A stretch of 64,000 nucleotides of DNA, from positions 372,001 through 436,000 of the forward strand of contig JAANOX010000002.1 of assembly GCA_020184695.1 (NCBI GenBank). Direction: 5' to 3'. Shown in pieces: positions 22,401 through 32,190 of the stretch. Positions within the stretch are counted from its first letter, which is position 1; every line of letters starts with the position of its first letter. Origin of the DNA: Histomonas meleagridis 2922-C6/04-290x (lineage: Eukaryota; Protista; Parabasalia). Made by a program: the position numbers and the translations under genes. The notes beneath the pieces were generated by a model, which saw only the letters and a list, made by a program, of their open reading frames with translations, searched no databases and was not told where the DNA came from.

Positions 22401-23460
22401 ATTCTTCGTTTTGGAAACATTGAATAAAACTATTCGTAAATAATTCGATATAATTTGTAATTGTATTTAACATTCCGGATGATATTAATTTAAGTAATTT
22501 CATTTCATCTTCATTAAAATAATTACTAAAAGTTTGTGAACTCTCAAATTCTGTAAGATTTAATGGTGTTAGCCCATCAGGCATTGTGTCTTTTTCTTCA
22601 ATTTGAAATAGAACTTCATCTGTTTCTTGGATTTCATCGTTCTTTGAAATTTCCGTATCGTTGACGGTTGGAAGACGTTTTCTATTTGAATTAAGGAATT
22701 TTTTGATAAGAAGAATTGGAATTCTAAAAAATATTGTTTGAAGTGATTCATTATGAATATGAAGTGATGATAATGCACATATGAGTTTTATAGAATTTGG
22801 TTCAAGATTTTCGAAATTTGGTAATATTGCTTTAATAATTTCTTGTGGATCATTGTGTGAAAAATTAGGATTTTCAACAAATTGAAAAACAATAAATCCA
22901 GTAATATAACTGTACAATTCTTCATCATTCATAAAAAGTGAGTGTTTAAGGATTTTAACAACTTCATAAAATAATTCTGGATAATTAACTTTATCAAAAA
23001 TTTCTGAAATCAACGAAGGAAGAAAACGTAATCCACCATGGAGGAAACGGTTAATGCTTTCGGAAATTAAAAATTTTAAAATTGGCTCTGGAATTAATTT
23101 ATTTGAATCAATAATTGCATGAATAAGTTGGATAAAAGATTCTGATGGATTTTCTATTCTTACAAAGTGAGGGTCTGAAACCCATGCAATAAAATTGAAA
23201 TAAATTGCGCTTAAATGATTTTCATCTGATTTTATGTTGAAAAGAGATGAATTAAATCGAAAAAGCGATGAAATTGGTTCTAGGGAAGCAGATAATGGCG
23301 TGCTATTATTGAATTTTGATTCACATTGAATTATTTGGTTTTTATCAATTTGAGGAAATAAAAATGGTGACCCTTTCTCATCATAACTGCTTTGCTCATA
23401 CTTATTTCTATCTTCAGTAAATAAGGAAAGAACTTTGTATAATGGAGTATGAAAATTCAT
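16435..23460 (-). CDS. BEACH-domain protein (PH-BEACH-WD40 C-terminus)
   Basis: 2341-aa ORF with [60 protein letters not shown] and C-terminal WD-like beta repeats. Confidence 0.9.
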   Translation of the reverse strand: [2341 protein letters not shown]

Positions 23461-23881
23461 TCAAGCAGAATTGGGCAGGTGAGGAAACTTTACAATCTTC
23501 TGAAAAAGTTTGTTGAATACCTTTCAAATCAAACTTTTTGAATCGTAAAAATTTTGCCTCAATTTTTGTTAACAAAAATACCAAGCCGTTTATTTTTTTC
23601 CAAAATTACCGCTTCTTTCTTTGGAGATGTTTATTCTATATATATCGCAAAGCATCTTATTAAGTAAGTCTAAAAAATTGGAAAATGATTCTACACAAAA
23701 AATCTGAACAGATTTTGAATTGATTATTTGGAAATTTTATTATTTTCATTATATTTTAAAAAGTTACCAGATTCATTATTTACACCTAAATAATGAGAGT
23801 CATAAAATATTGTTGTTCTCTATGAAATTTTTCTTCTTGGTAAAACATAAAGAACAATAAAATTTGACTATCTTTGTCTGG

Positions 23882-23886
23882 CCTTT
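23882..23886 (+). promoter_or_regulatory. M5-like (CCTTT) initiator motif of the RPS17 gene
   Basis: CCTTT 5 nt upstream of the ATG. M5 replaces the Inr in many T. vaginalis ribosomal-protein genes. Confidence 0.4.
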
Positions 23887-23890
23887 CCTC

Positions 23891-24277
23891 ATGGGACGTA
23901 TTCGAACAAAAACAACAAAGAGAGCTTCACGCCTTATTATTGAAAGATTCTACGGCCAACTCAGCTTCGATTTTCAAGATAACAAACGTGTTTGTGATGA
24001 AGTCGCAACAATTCCATCCAAAAGAATGAGGAATAAGATTGCAGGTTATGTAACACATTTAATGCGTCGTCTTGAACGCGGACCTGTTCGTGGCATTTCA
24101 TTCAAACTTCAAGAAGAAGAACGTGAGAAACGTGATAATTGGATGCCAAAAGTTTCTCAACTTGACCTACAACCAACAATCTCTGTTGATGCTGACACTA
24201 AAGCTATGCTTGATGCCATTGGTCTTGATAAAATGGAAGGTGTTATAGTTAGGGAAAATAATCGTCGTCGTAAGTAA
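23891..24277 (+). CDS. RPS17: 40S ribosomal protein S17 (eS17)
   Basis: [21 protein letters not shown]...[52 protein letters not shown]. True start is ATG 23891; the track start is an upstream TTG. Confidence 0.97.
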   Translation: MGRIRTKTTKRASRLIIERFYGQLSFDFQDNKRVCDEVATIPSKRMRNKIAGYVTHLMRRLERGPVRGISFKLQEEEREKRDNWMPKVSQLDLQPTISVDADTKAMLDAIGLDKMEGVIVRENNRRRK

Positions 24278-24359
24278 ATAAACAAACAATTTGCAAATAA
24301 CAAAAAAGAAAAAAAAAATTCGTCCAAAACATTTATTCCAAAAAAAATTATTTGGCAAT

Positions 24360-25181
24360 TTAGAATTCTTCTTCTAAATCTGTTTCATCTGCGCTTTCGT
24401 CCGTTAAGAAATAAACGTTCGACAAACGAATTCTCGTTGATGAAGTGCAACGTTTTTTCTCTTTCGTTTTCTTTGAGGGGGCCGGTTTTTTACGTATGGC
24501 ACCCGAGGAACATGTTTTTGTAGGTGGCTTTGGATACATTGAATTCAGTATTTGTTTCTTTAAAGATTCACTATCATTTAGTGACATTATTTTTGAAGGA
24601 GTGTCCCAACATCGTGATTCCCAAAAAGCAGGAACTAAGTATGGAGTTGGTTTTTGGCATTGATAGCGATTGAATTTCTCAGCTTCTATGTCATTTAAAA
24701 TAAGATCTGGCCCACACTTGGATTCCATTTCCACAACATAACCAGGGTGCCCATACTCTGGGGCAAGTCCATTTATGATGTGATTTTCACAGAATTCAAG
24801 ACGTGCATGAATTTGTATTTGATTGAATTGAAGTGTATTTGCATTTGTTATTTGGTGGTTACTCTCCTGAACAATTATCCAACCTGGAGTTTGTATTATT
24901 TTTTCTGGTTCTGGTTTTTGTATTGGAATAAAGGGAGGTGGATTTATCTTTTTTCGGGGTTCTTTTCGTTTTACAGTCTTCTTTTGTGTTTTTTCTTTTT
25001 CTTTTTTGTTTGTTATGTCTTTATTTTTCAATTTGCTGAAAATATTTTTTCTTTTATTTATCTCATAGATAAATTCTTGAAGTTCTGGATTGCATATAAG
25101 ATTTGGATCGTGACCTTGAGGTGGTGAAGCAACAATAACATTTAAATCTGTGTTATCACCCCAAGAATCAGACATTGTCAT
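24360..25181 (-). CDS. Hypothetical basic/acidic low-complexity protein
   Basis: Open ORF of about 273 aa from the first ATG; no family recognised. Confidence 0.65.
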   Translation of the reverse strand: MTMSDSWGDNTDLNVIVASPPQGHDPNLICNPELQEFIYEINKRKNIFSKLKNKDITNKKEKEKTQKKTVKRKEPRKKINPPPFIPIQKPEPEKIIQTPGWIIVQESNHQITNANTLQFNQIQIHARLEFCENHIINGLAPEYGHPGYVVEMESKCGPDLILNDIEAEKFNRYQCQKPTPYLVPAFWESRCWDTPSKIMSLNDSESLKKQILNSMYPKPPTKTCSSGAIRKKPAPSKKTKEKKRCTSSTRIRLSNVYFLTDESADETDLEEEF

Positions 25182-25580
25182 GAAACCGTTAAAAAAATTC
25201 AGCAATGCACATGTGTGTTTGAAAGTGTTGAATTTGAATAGGATTTATGACAAACCTACAATTTTTCCTCAAAAAGTTTTCTTCTAATACGATTTAAAAA
25301 ACGATTGGGAGTTTTTCTTATCCCTCTACTGCCGCTTTTGTGGAAAATAGATATTATTTCGATGTGCAAAAATAGCTCAGTTAATATAATTAAGCAAATG
25401 ACAATAGTTTTTTAAACTTCTTTAAATTTCATCTCAAATTATTTGTTTTACAAATAACAGACCTTGCACCCAGTCTGATAAGCTGGAAACTTTAACAAGC
25501 AAAGAAATATTTTACTATTAAATTCACTAAAAAATATTATTTCATAACCTATTCTTCATATTTTATTAATTAAATTTTGA

Positions 25581-26483
25581 TCAGAAGTCATCTGTCATAA
25601 AGCTGCTCCAATCTTGTTCAGCCTCTGTGTTATTAGAAATCACATCATATTGGAATTCTGGTCGTTCTCCAACTCTTAGATCTGTATATGGCAACGGGCA
25701 TCCACAAATAGGGCAAATCCAAGAGGTAAGGGCCTGTGCCTGTGTTAAGTATGGGAGAAGATCAAAACAATTTGCGTGGTTGCAGTTGACTCCACGAGCT
25801 GGAATTTCGATCTGCATTCCAGTTAATGGACATAAAGAAGTGTAATCATTAAAAAAGAATGTACCGCGAGTTTTAATTTCATCTGCAATTTCATCAAATG
25901 TGCGATATGAAGCCCAAATACCAACAATGCTGAAAGGAACAGGATGATTTCCTGTTTCAACAATGAGCCAATTTTGTTGTCCGAATGACATTAATAATGA
26001 TGTAACATCAATCGGCCTTGAATCAGTCGCCCAATGGAGAATTGTATTTCTGTTTAATGAGAATCTGATAGGTGATGTCGAAACTGGAGTTAAACAAATA
26101 GGATATAGTAAAAATCGAGGTTTTTTAAGGTTGATAGGAGGCTGAACAAAAAATGGAATGGCATTGTTAGAAACAAGGATGTCAAATTTAAATGAAGGCT
26201 CAGCTGATGGATCAAAAGAATAGAAAATTGATGGTGCTGTTAATGTAATTAATTGACCACGAGATGGATCTTTTGGTTTTTCTAATGTAGCTTGTGGTGA
26301 CATTGGACGAAATTGCCGATTATCAGCCTGTGGTGATCCAACATTTGTTGGAATAGGAGATGAAGGAGAGAATCGTTGAGGAAGATCAATAGGCATTGAA
26401 AGCCGAACAGTTCTTAGCTGAGTTTGCTTCTTTCCACTATGATCATTGGACAAAGGAATGTGGATAGGCTCAGGAAAAGACAT
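25581..26483 (-). CDS. MIZ/SP-RING zinc-finger protein (SUMO E3 ligase-like)
   Basis: SLCPLTGMQIEIPARGVNCNHANCFDL...WICPICG matches the SP-RING consensus. Confidence 0.88.
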   Translation of the reverse strand: MSFPEPIHIPLSNDHSGKKQTQLRTVRLSMPIDLPQRFSPSSPIPTNVGSPQADNRQFRPMSPQATLEKPKDPSRGQLITLTAPSIFYSFDPSAEPSFKFDILVSNNAIPFFVQPPINLKKPRFLLYPICLTPVSTSPIRFSLNRNTILHWATDSRPIDVTSLLMSFGQQNWLIVETGNHPVPFSIVGIWASYRTFDEIADEIKTRGTFFFNDYTSLCPLTGMQIEIPARGVNCNHANCFDLLPYLTQAQALTSWICPICGCPLPYTDLRVGERPEFQYDVISNNTEAEQDWSSFMTDDF

Positions 26484-26823
26484 TCCCAGCGAGTTTGAAC
26501 GTTAGGGAATTGTGTGCTATACATTAGACGATAGCAAATCTCTCAACGTTCAAATTTTGCATTGAAATTTCGGTTATTATTAATATTTTCAATGAGAAAC
26601 AACGAAGAACTTGGGGGTGCTCCAATACATGTTGCTAAAAGTTCAAGAACTTTAATAAGAGTATTAAAGTCTTAATCATTTTATCCAACCATCACATTAT
26701 GAACGCATTCTTTGATAATTTCAAAGACAAAAGAAAAAAAGTTAAATTAATTTTAATAATATTTTTTCTCCTCATTTTCCAGAATATAATTTTAAAAAAC
26801 AATTCTAGTAATTTATAGCAAGT

Positions 26824-27354
26824 TTAGTCTCCTTTTTTGTTTGTTGTTCGTTTTGTAACAGTGTTTTTTGATGGTTTTGGTTTTGCATCAACAACAATAA
26901 TATCATCAGCATCATCTTCAATTTCCCACTTATCGTTATCATTATGTAAAGGTGTTTCGTAGTTTGTTTCTGATTTAGGAGTTGGTTCATATTGTTGTTG
27001 TGGTACTTCCTCAGGTTCTCTTGACTCATAATTACTTCTAGGCTTCATATGATATGCACCCATTCCTTCGTCATCTGCTGGAGGACAAATTGTTTTCATA
27101 ATCCATCTTCCAATTTTTGTTGCTGTTGAGTAATTTTCTGCATCAGCTGCCTTCCAAAGAGCATCGTAAATTCTTCCTGTTTCTTCATCGAAAGGAAAAG
27201 CTCCGCCAAATTGTGCTCTGCTTGGCTTTTTAAAAAGTGCTTGCTTAAGTTCTTCAAGTGTATTTCTGCATCCAAGGTATTCGCATATTTGATTTAATGG
27301 TCGCTCCATGTCCGGGTTGTAGGATAGAGTCGTGTACACGTCATAGAAGTTCAT
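26824..27354 (-). CDS. Hypothetical protein
   Basis: Open ORF from MNFYDVY with an acidic/basic tail; no family recognised. Confidence 0.6.
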   Translation of the reverse strand: MNFYDVYTTLSYNPDMERPLNQICEYLGCRNTLEELKQALFKKPSRAQFGGAFPFDEETGRIYDALWKAADAENYSTATKIGRWIMKTICPPADDEGMGAYHMKPRSNYESREPEEVPQQQYEPTPKSETNYETPLHNDNDKWEIEDDADDIIVVDAKPKPSKNTVTKRTTNKKGD

Positions 27355-27594
27355 CCGAACAATTAGACAAACCCCCTCAAAAATTAGCGTAAAAGTTAGC
27401 ATTTGAGTAGTTTATTTGGGAATGAAAATGGCTAATTTACGATCAATTTAAATTGAAAATTAATTTTGGCTGATTCAGGTTTTCATTTATCGTTGCAACA
27501 CACAATTAAAATGAGATGTGAAAGAATATTCGAAACAGAACTAATATTTCTTAAAAATTTAAATATATAAAAAAAAATTTACAAACAAAAAATT

Positions 27595-29040
27595 TCATGA
27601 AATCTCGTTTTTCATCCACTCCCCAAGAAAAATTGCTTTTTGTTTCAAGGTTTCATCAGTGCAATTTTCAGCGAATGAGAGAAATGCTTCGACAAGCTCT
27701 TCTTGTACAATTATTTCTTTAATTTCTGTTCCTTTTTCTGGGTCCCTTTGCAAAACAGAGTGAATTATATCGAAAATTTTCAGAATGCTAAAAGCAAGTT
27801 GCTTCGATGAGTTACTTTCGAGTAAGTCATTAACTTTACCGAAAAAATTAAATCTCAATATATACTCAATAACACTTTCATTATGAAAATCAGTTAAAAT
27901 CAAAGAAAGTAATATAATAATTTGTTGAATTACACAAAAGCTTCCATTGTCTAAGCCATAATTCAAAACGATATTAAACTCATCAAAATCATTTAATTGA
28001 AGGAAAGACGTATCAAATGAACCTATTTGATGAACTTGAACAAGCACATTATATATCGTTCGTAGACCGAATTTTCCACAAGAGTTAAATGCGTTTTCAT
28101 CTAATAAAAAATGTGAAATTTCACCGATGAAATTGCATTCAAAAATTTGTGAACAAATTTCGTTGGATGAATATGTCGCATTAGAAAGAAATTCGGTGAT
28201 GGCAAGCGAGACAAATGGATGAGATTCATTTAGCCGTTGCAGAACAATCTGCGAAATATTGGAGTTGAAAATAATTTCAATATGTGGATAATTTGGAAAT
28301 TTGAAGACTTCAAATGAGAGAACACAAAGAGAATAGTGAACTATTTCTGCATCACTTTGGAATGGATCTGAAAGCAAAAAGTTAAGAAGAATATTAGTTA
28401 TAGAAACAAGATCTTCATTTCTTGACATTATAAAATAAACTGAGGAAACAAAACTATTCAATGTTTGAATCAATATTCTAAGTTCTGTGAATTCCGTAGT
28501 CTTTTGAATGAGAAAAAGAAGAAATTGAAGAAAATTATTTGTTGACAAATATGTAAATGCAATTGGCGAATTTTCAAGAAACTGCATTAGCACTGGAAGA
28601 GCTGCTTCAATGCTTACACCTTTCTCAAGTTTTTTTAATTCTTCAAAAATGTAAGAATATAATAATTTATCAGAAAAATTAGAAACAAATTTTGGACTTT
28701 TTTCACATATTAGATGTACGAGATTAAGGACATAAACTTTAATATATTTCTCTGTGTTTGGGTTTGAAAATAGAGAAGAAAGATCATTAAAAACATAAAA
28801 TGATGTTTCTCCAAATAACACAGAATTAGTTTGTTTTTCAATATTTAAACGAAGGTCAAGAAGAGCTGTTGATTGCCTTTCTGATGAATTTGAAATTATT
28901 TCTTGATGAAACTGAGAATAATAATTTTTATCAAAGACATTGTAATCCATATCCTCGTTTAGTAGACTTAATCGCCTAATTTCAGTCAGTTTATCTCGTT
29001 TAATAATGGGAACTTTTCTTTTTTCTTCATTTGGTTCCAT
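27595..29040 (-). CDS. ARM/HEAT alpha-solenoid protein (importin-alpha-like fold)
   Basis: 481-aa helical ORF with ARM-like segments such as EFLSNATYSSNEICSQIFECNFI and GLRTIYNVL. Confidence 0.6.
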   Translation of the reverse strand: MEPNEEKRKVPIIKRDKLTEIRRLSLLNEDMDYNVFDKNYYSQFHQEIISNSSERQSTALLDLRLNIEKQTNSVLFGETSFYVFNDLSSLFSNPNTEKYIKVYVLNLVHLICEKSPKFVSNFSDKLLYSYIFEELKKLEKGVSIEAALPVLMQFLENSPIAFTYLSTNNFLQFLLFLIQKTTEFTELRILIQTLNSFVSSVYFIMSRNEDLVSITNILLNFLLSDPFQSDAEIVHYSLCVLSFEVFKFPNYPHIEIIFNSNISQIVLQRLNESHPFVSLAITEFLSNATYSSNEICSQIFECNFIGEISHFLLDENAFNSCGKFGLRTIYNVLVQVHQIGSFDTSFLQLNDFDEFNIVLNYGLDNGSFCVIQQIIILLSLILTDFHNESVIEYILRFNFFGKVNDLLESNSSKQLAFSILKIFDIIHSVLQRDPEKGTEIKEIIVQEELVEAFLSFAENCTDETLKQKAIFLGEWMKNEIS

Positions 29041-29083
29041 GAATAATTTTTGAGTGGTTTACAGATATTTTGGGGTGCCCCTG

Positions 29084-29114
29084 AACGGTTTTGACGGGCC
29101 AAGAGCGACCCTTT
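29084..29114 (+). promoter_or_regulatory. M3-like (AACGGTTT, 29084-29091) plus M5-like (CCTTT, 29110-29114) core promoter of RPL19
   Basis: Both motifs occur in the expected order just upstream of ATG 29122, inside an 81-bp divergent intergenic region. Confidence 0.5.
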
Positions 29115-29121
29115 TTGAACT

Positions 29122-29658
29122 ATGTCAAGTCTTAAACTTCAGAAGCGTCTTGCAGCATCAGTTCTTAACTGCGGTGTTGGTCGCGTTTGGATGGATGAAA
29201 CAGAAATTTCAACAATCGCAATGGCTAACTCCCGCCAACAAATCAGAAAACTTGTTGGAGATGGTATCATTGTTCGTCGCCCAGTAGCTATGCACTCAAG
29301 TGCTCGCCACACAAAGCGTGTTCTTGCAAAGCGTCTTGGTCGTCATAGGGGTTATGGTAAGCGCCGTGGTACACGTAATGCTCGTCTTAATTCAAAATGG
29401 CAATGGATCCGCCGTATCCGTGTACTCCGTCGCACACTCAGAGATTTCAAACAGAAGAAAGAAATCGATTCACATCTTTATAGAAAACTCTATCTTAAAG
29501 CCAAAGGTAATGAATTCCGTAACAAACGTGTTTTAATGGAACACATTCATACACTTAAAGTTGAAAACGAACGTGAAAAGAATCTTCAACAACAAATTGC
29601 TGCTCGTCGCGCACGTAGCCGAAGAATGAGAGAAAAGAAGGCCGCTGCTGCTAAGTAA
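29122..29658 (+). CDS. RPL19: 60S ribosomal protein L19 (eL19)
   Basis: [25 protein letters not shown]...[13 protein letters not shown]...[16 protein letters not shown]...[19 protein letters not shown]. Confidence 0.97.
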   Translation: MSSLKLQKRLAASVLNCGVGRVWMDETEISTIAMANSRQQIRKLVGDGIIVRRPVAMHSSARHTKRVLAKRLGRHRGYGKRRGTRNARLNSKWQWIRRIRVLRRTLRDFKQKKEIDSHLYRKLYLKAKGNEFRNKRVLMEHIHTLKVENEREKNLQQQIAARRARSRRMREKKAAAAK

Positions 29659-30081
29659 ATCATAATTTTACTTTATATTTTCTTCGAAATAGCATTTTCA
29701 TTCCAATAATTGGAATAATTGGCCAAATTAATTTTACTGTTGTAGACGAGCCAGATTCGAAATTATTCAATTTTGATGTAAAGTACTCAAAAAACCAAAT
29801 AAATTATCATATTAAAAAATATTTTTAAAAAATTGATATAATTTTTTTAAAGTTGGAAGAAAGCAATAGATATTTTAATGAACAATGGGCTGTGCGAACA
29901 GCTCTGGATATTGATTGTGAACATGTTCTCTCACAGTGGAGCAAGCTGCCAGTGAAGCACATATTTGAATGAAAGATAAGTACGGAAGAATCTAAGATGT
30001 AGTAAAGCCTGTAGCACCAAGTTCGCAAAAAAGATTATTTCAAAGAGAATAAATTTAAATTGGGCCAACCAACTTTCCCTC

Positions 30082-31653
30082 TTATAGATTTCTTTTTAAT
30101 TTTAAAATTCTTTTTGTTTCTTGAAGTAATTCAACTATTTCTGTATGACCTTTCCAAGATGCCCAAATAAGTGCTGTTCTAAATAATTTGAATAATTTCC
30201 AAATATTATTTTGAAATATTAAATTATTAAAATAAATCCAAAATAAAACAAATAAATACCTTTAGCATTAATATCAATTCCTTCTTGTTCAAGAAGTAAT
30301 TTAACTATTTCTGTATAACCATTTGAAGATGCATAAATTAGTGCTGTATCAAATAATTTGAATAATTTCCAAATATTATTTTGATATATAATAAAATTAT
30401 TAAAATAAATCCAAAATAAAACAAATAAATATCTTTAGCATTAATGTCAATTCCTTTTTGTTCAAGAAGTAATTTAACTATTTCTGTATGACCAAATAAA
30501 GATGCTTTCATAAGTGCTGTATAAAATAATTTAAATAATTTCCGAATATTATTTTGAAATATAAAATTATTAAAAAATATTTTAAATAAAACAAATAAAT
30601 ATCTTTAGCATTAATATCAAATCCTTCTTGAACAAATAAAAAGTTAAAAATTTTATGATTAATGAATTTATCACTTAAACAACTCATAATAATTGTATTT
30701 GCAGAAAAATTAATAACATTATTTTCATAAAGATATTTAAAGATATCATTTCGATGAAATTTAATTGCTGCTTCATATGCACCTTCAAATGATGAATGGT
30801 TTTGTTCACATAAATGAATAATTTCTTCATTTCCACCTGCAACTGCATATTTACCTGTTTTATCTAATTTAGACCCATTCATAAGAAAATATTTAAAACA
30901 TTTAACTGAAGAAAAAAATGCTGCATAATCAATTAATGTAACATTTTTATGATTAATAAATGAATATCTTTCATAAAGTGATGGTTTAATTGTTTGATTA
31001 AAATCAAAATTTGTTTGTGATGATATTTCTTGAAGTTTTTCTATTTCATCATTTCGAATTATTTTCGCAAGTTCATTTGGATTATGTCCTTCTTTAACAT
31101 ATTGCTTATGAAGCGCAAAATCATTATTTAAAAATTCTTCATAATTTCCATCAAAAGGATTATATAGATTTATTGAACTATTTGGAAAATGGTGTACAAA
31201 GTAAAATAGATGTTTGTCTTTAACAGATTCTGATGAAATTAAATTCATATCAATCATTCTTTCTAATATGAAATTTGATTCATATGAATCAAAATTTAGA
31301 AAAAAATCTATAAATGTAGTAATTAATTCATAACAATTTCCTTTGGTTTCAATTTGTTTCATATAATTTAAATATATGCTTAAATCTTTCATCTGTGAAA
31401 GAATTGCTGAACATACCAATTTAATGAGAATTGAATTTGAGTAAGATGAAATATCTCCAAAGGCTAATAAATTTATGGATGAATTAACAGATTCTGTAAT
31501 GTTATTTTCATCTAAATCAAAAATAATTTCTTCAAGAGATTCCAAATCTTTATTGAATTCAGGTACAAAATAATGAATTGGTAGTGTTACATTTATTTGA
31601 AATGATTGATTAATACTTGTTTTCGTTTGATTTTTGCTTGCGCCATTCCCCAT
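30082..31653 (-). CDS. DUF3447-type ankyrin gene with 3 spacer-interrupted ankyrin modules
   Basis: ORF MGNGASK... to INAKD (30601). Spacers 30521-30600 (80 nt), 30348-30430 (83 nt) and 30178-30257 (80 nt) separate modules TALMKASLFG..., TALIYASSNG... and TALIWASWKG...RNL* (TAA 30082-30084). Confidence 0.75.
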
Positions 31654-32190
31654 TACCTTAAATAAATACGATTAAAAACCATAGAAAAAAAGCACTTTTT
31701 TATCATCCTTTTTCAAATTATTTTTTGTGTTCTCATTCACTGAGCATTAACTTGTCAGTACACATAGAGTATTTATAAAGAAATGTGATCCAATTCCGAA
31801 ATTTGTCAAAATTGAATTTTTTTTATGTAAATATTCAAAATAAAATTTATATTTTATATATTTGGAACATTCCTATATTTTTCCTCATGAGTAAAGTTAA
31901 CAAACGGTCTCTCGTTATACTTATAAACGGTTACTCTGAAGAATTATCTAAAGGACTTTTTATATAAACCCCACAAATTTGTGGTGAGCGACAACATCCC
32001 TTTTGGCCGCAAGAAACCCAACAATAGGTTCGTATTAACCTAGCGAAACAATGGTACGTAAATCAGTCAGATAAAGCCCAGTTAATCCTAATGCACTTCA
32101 GAACAAATTTGTTCAGCGATTCGAACGCACTCATTCGCACGTGTGTGCTGCACTCAATCATTAAAACAAAAGTAGTTAATTGTGTTGTGT

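Noticed and set aside
31917-31990. U1-like snRNA (ATACTTAT...AATTTGTGG)
   Set aside because: It lacks ACTTACC 5'-splice-site complementarity, and the spacing of about 60 nt is too short for U1.
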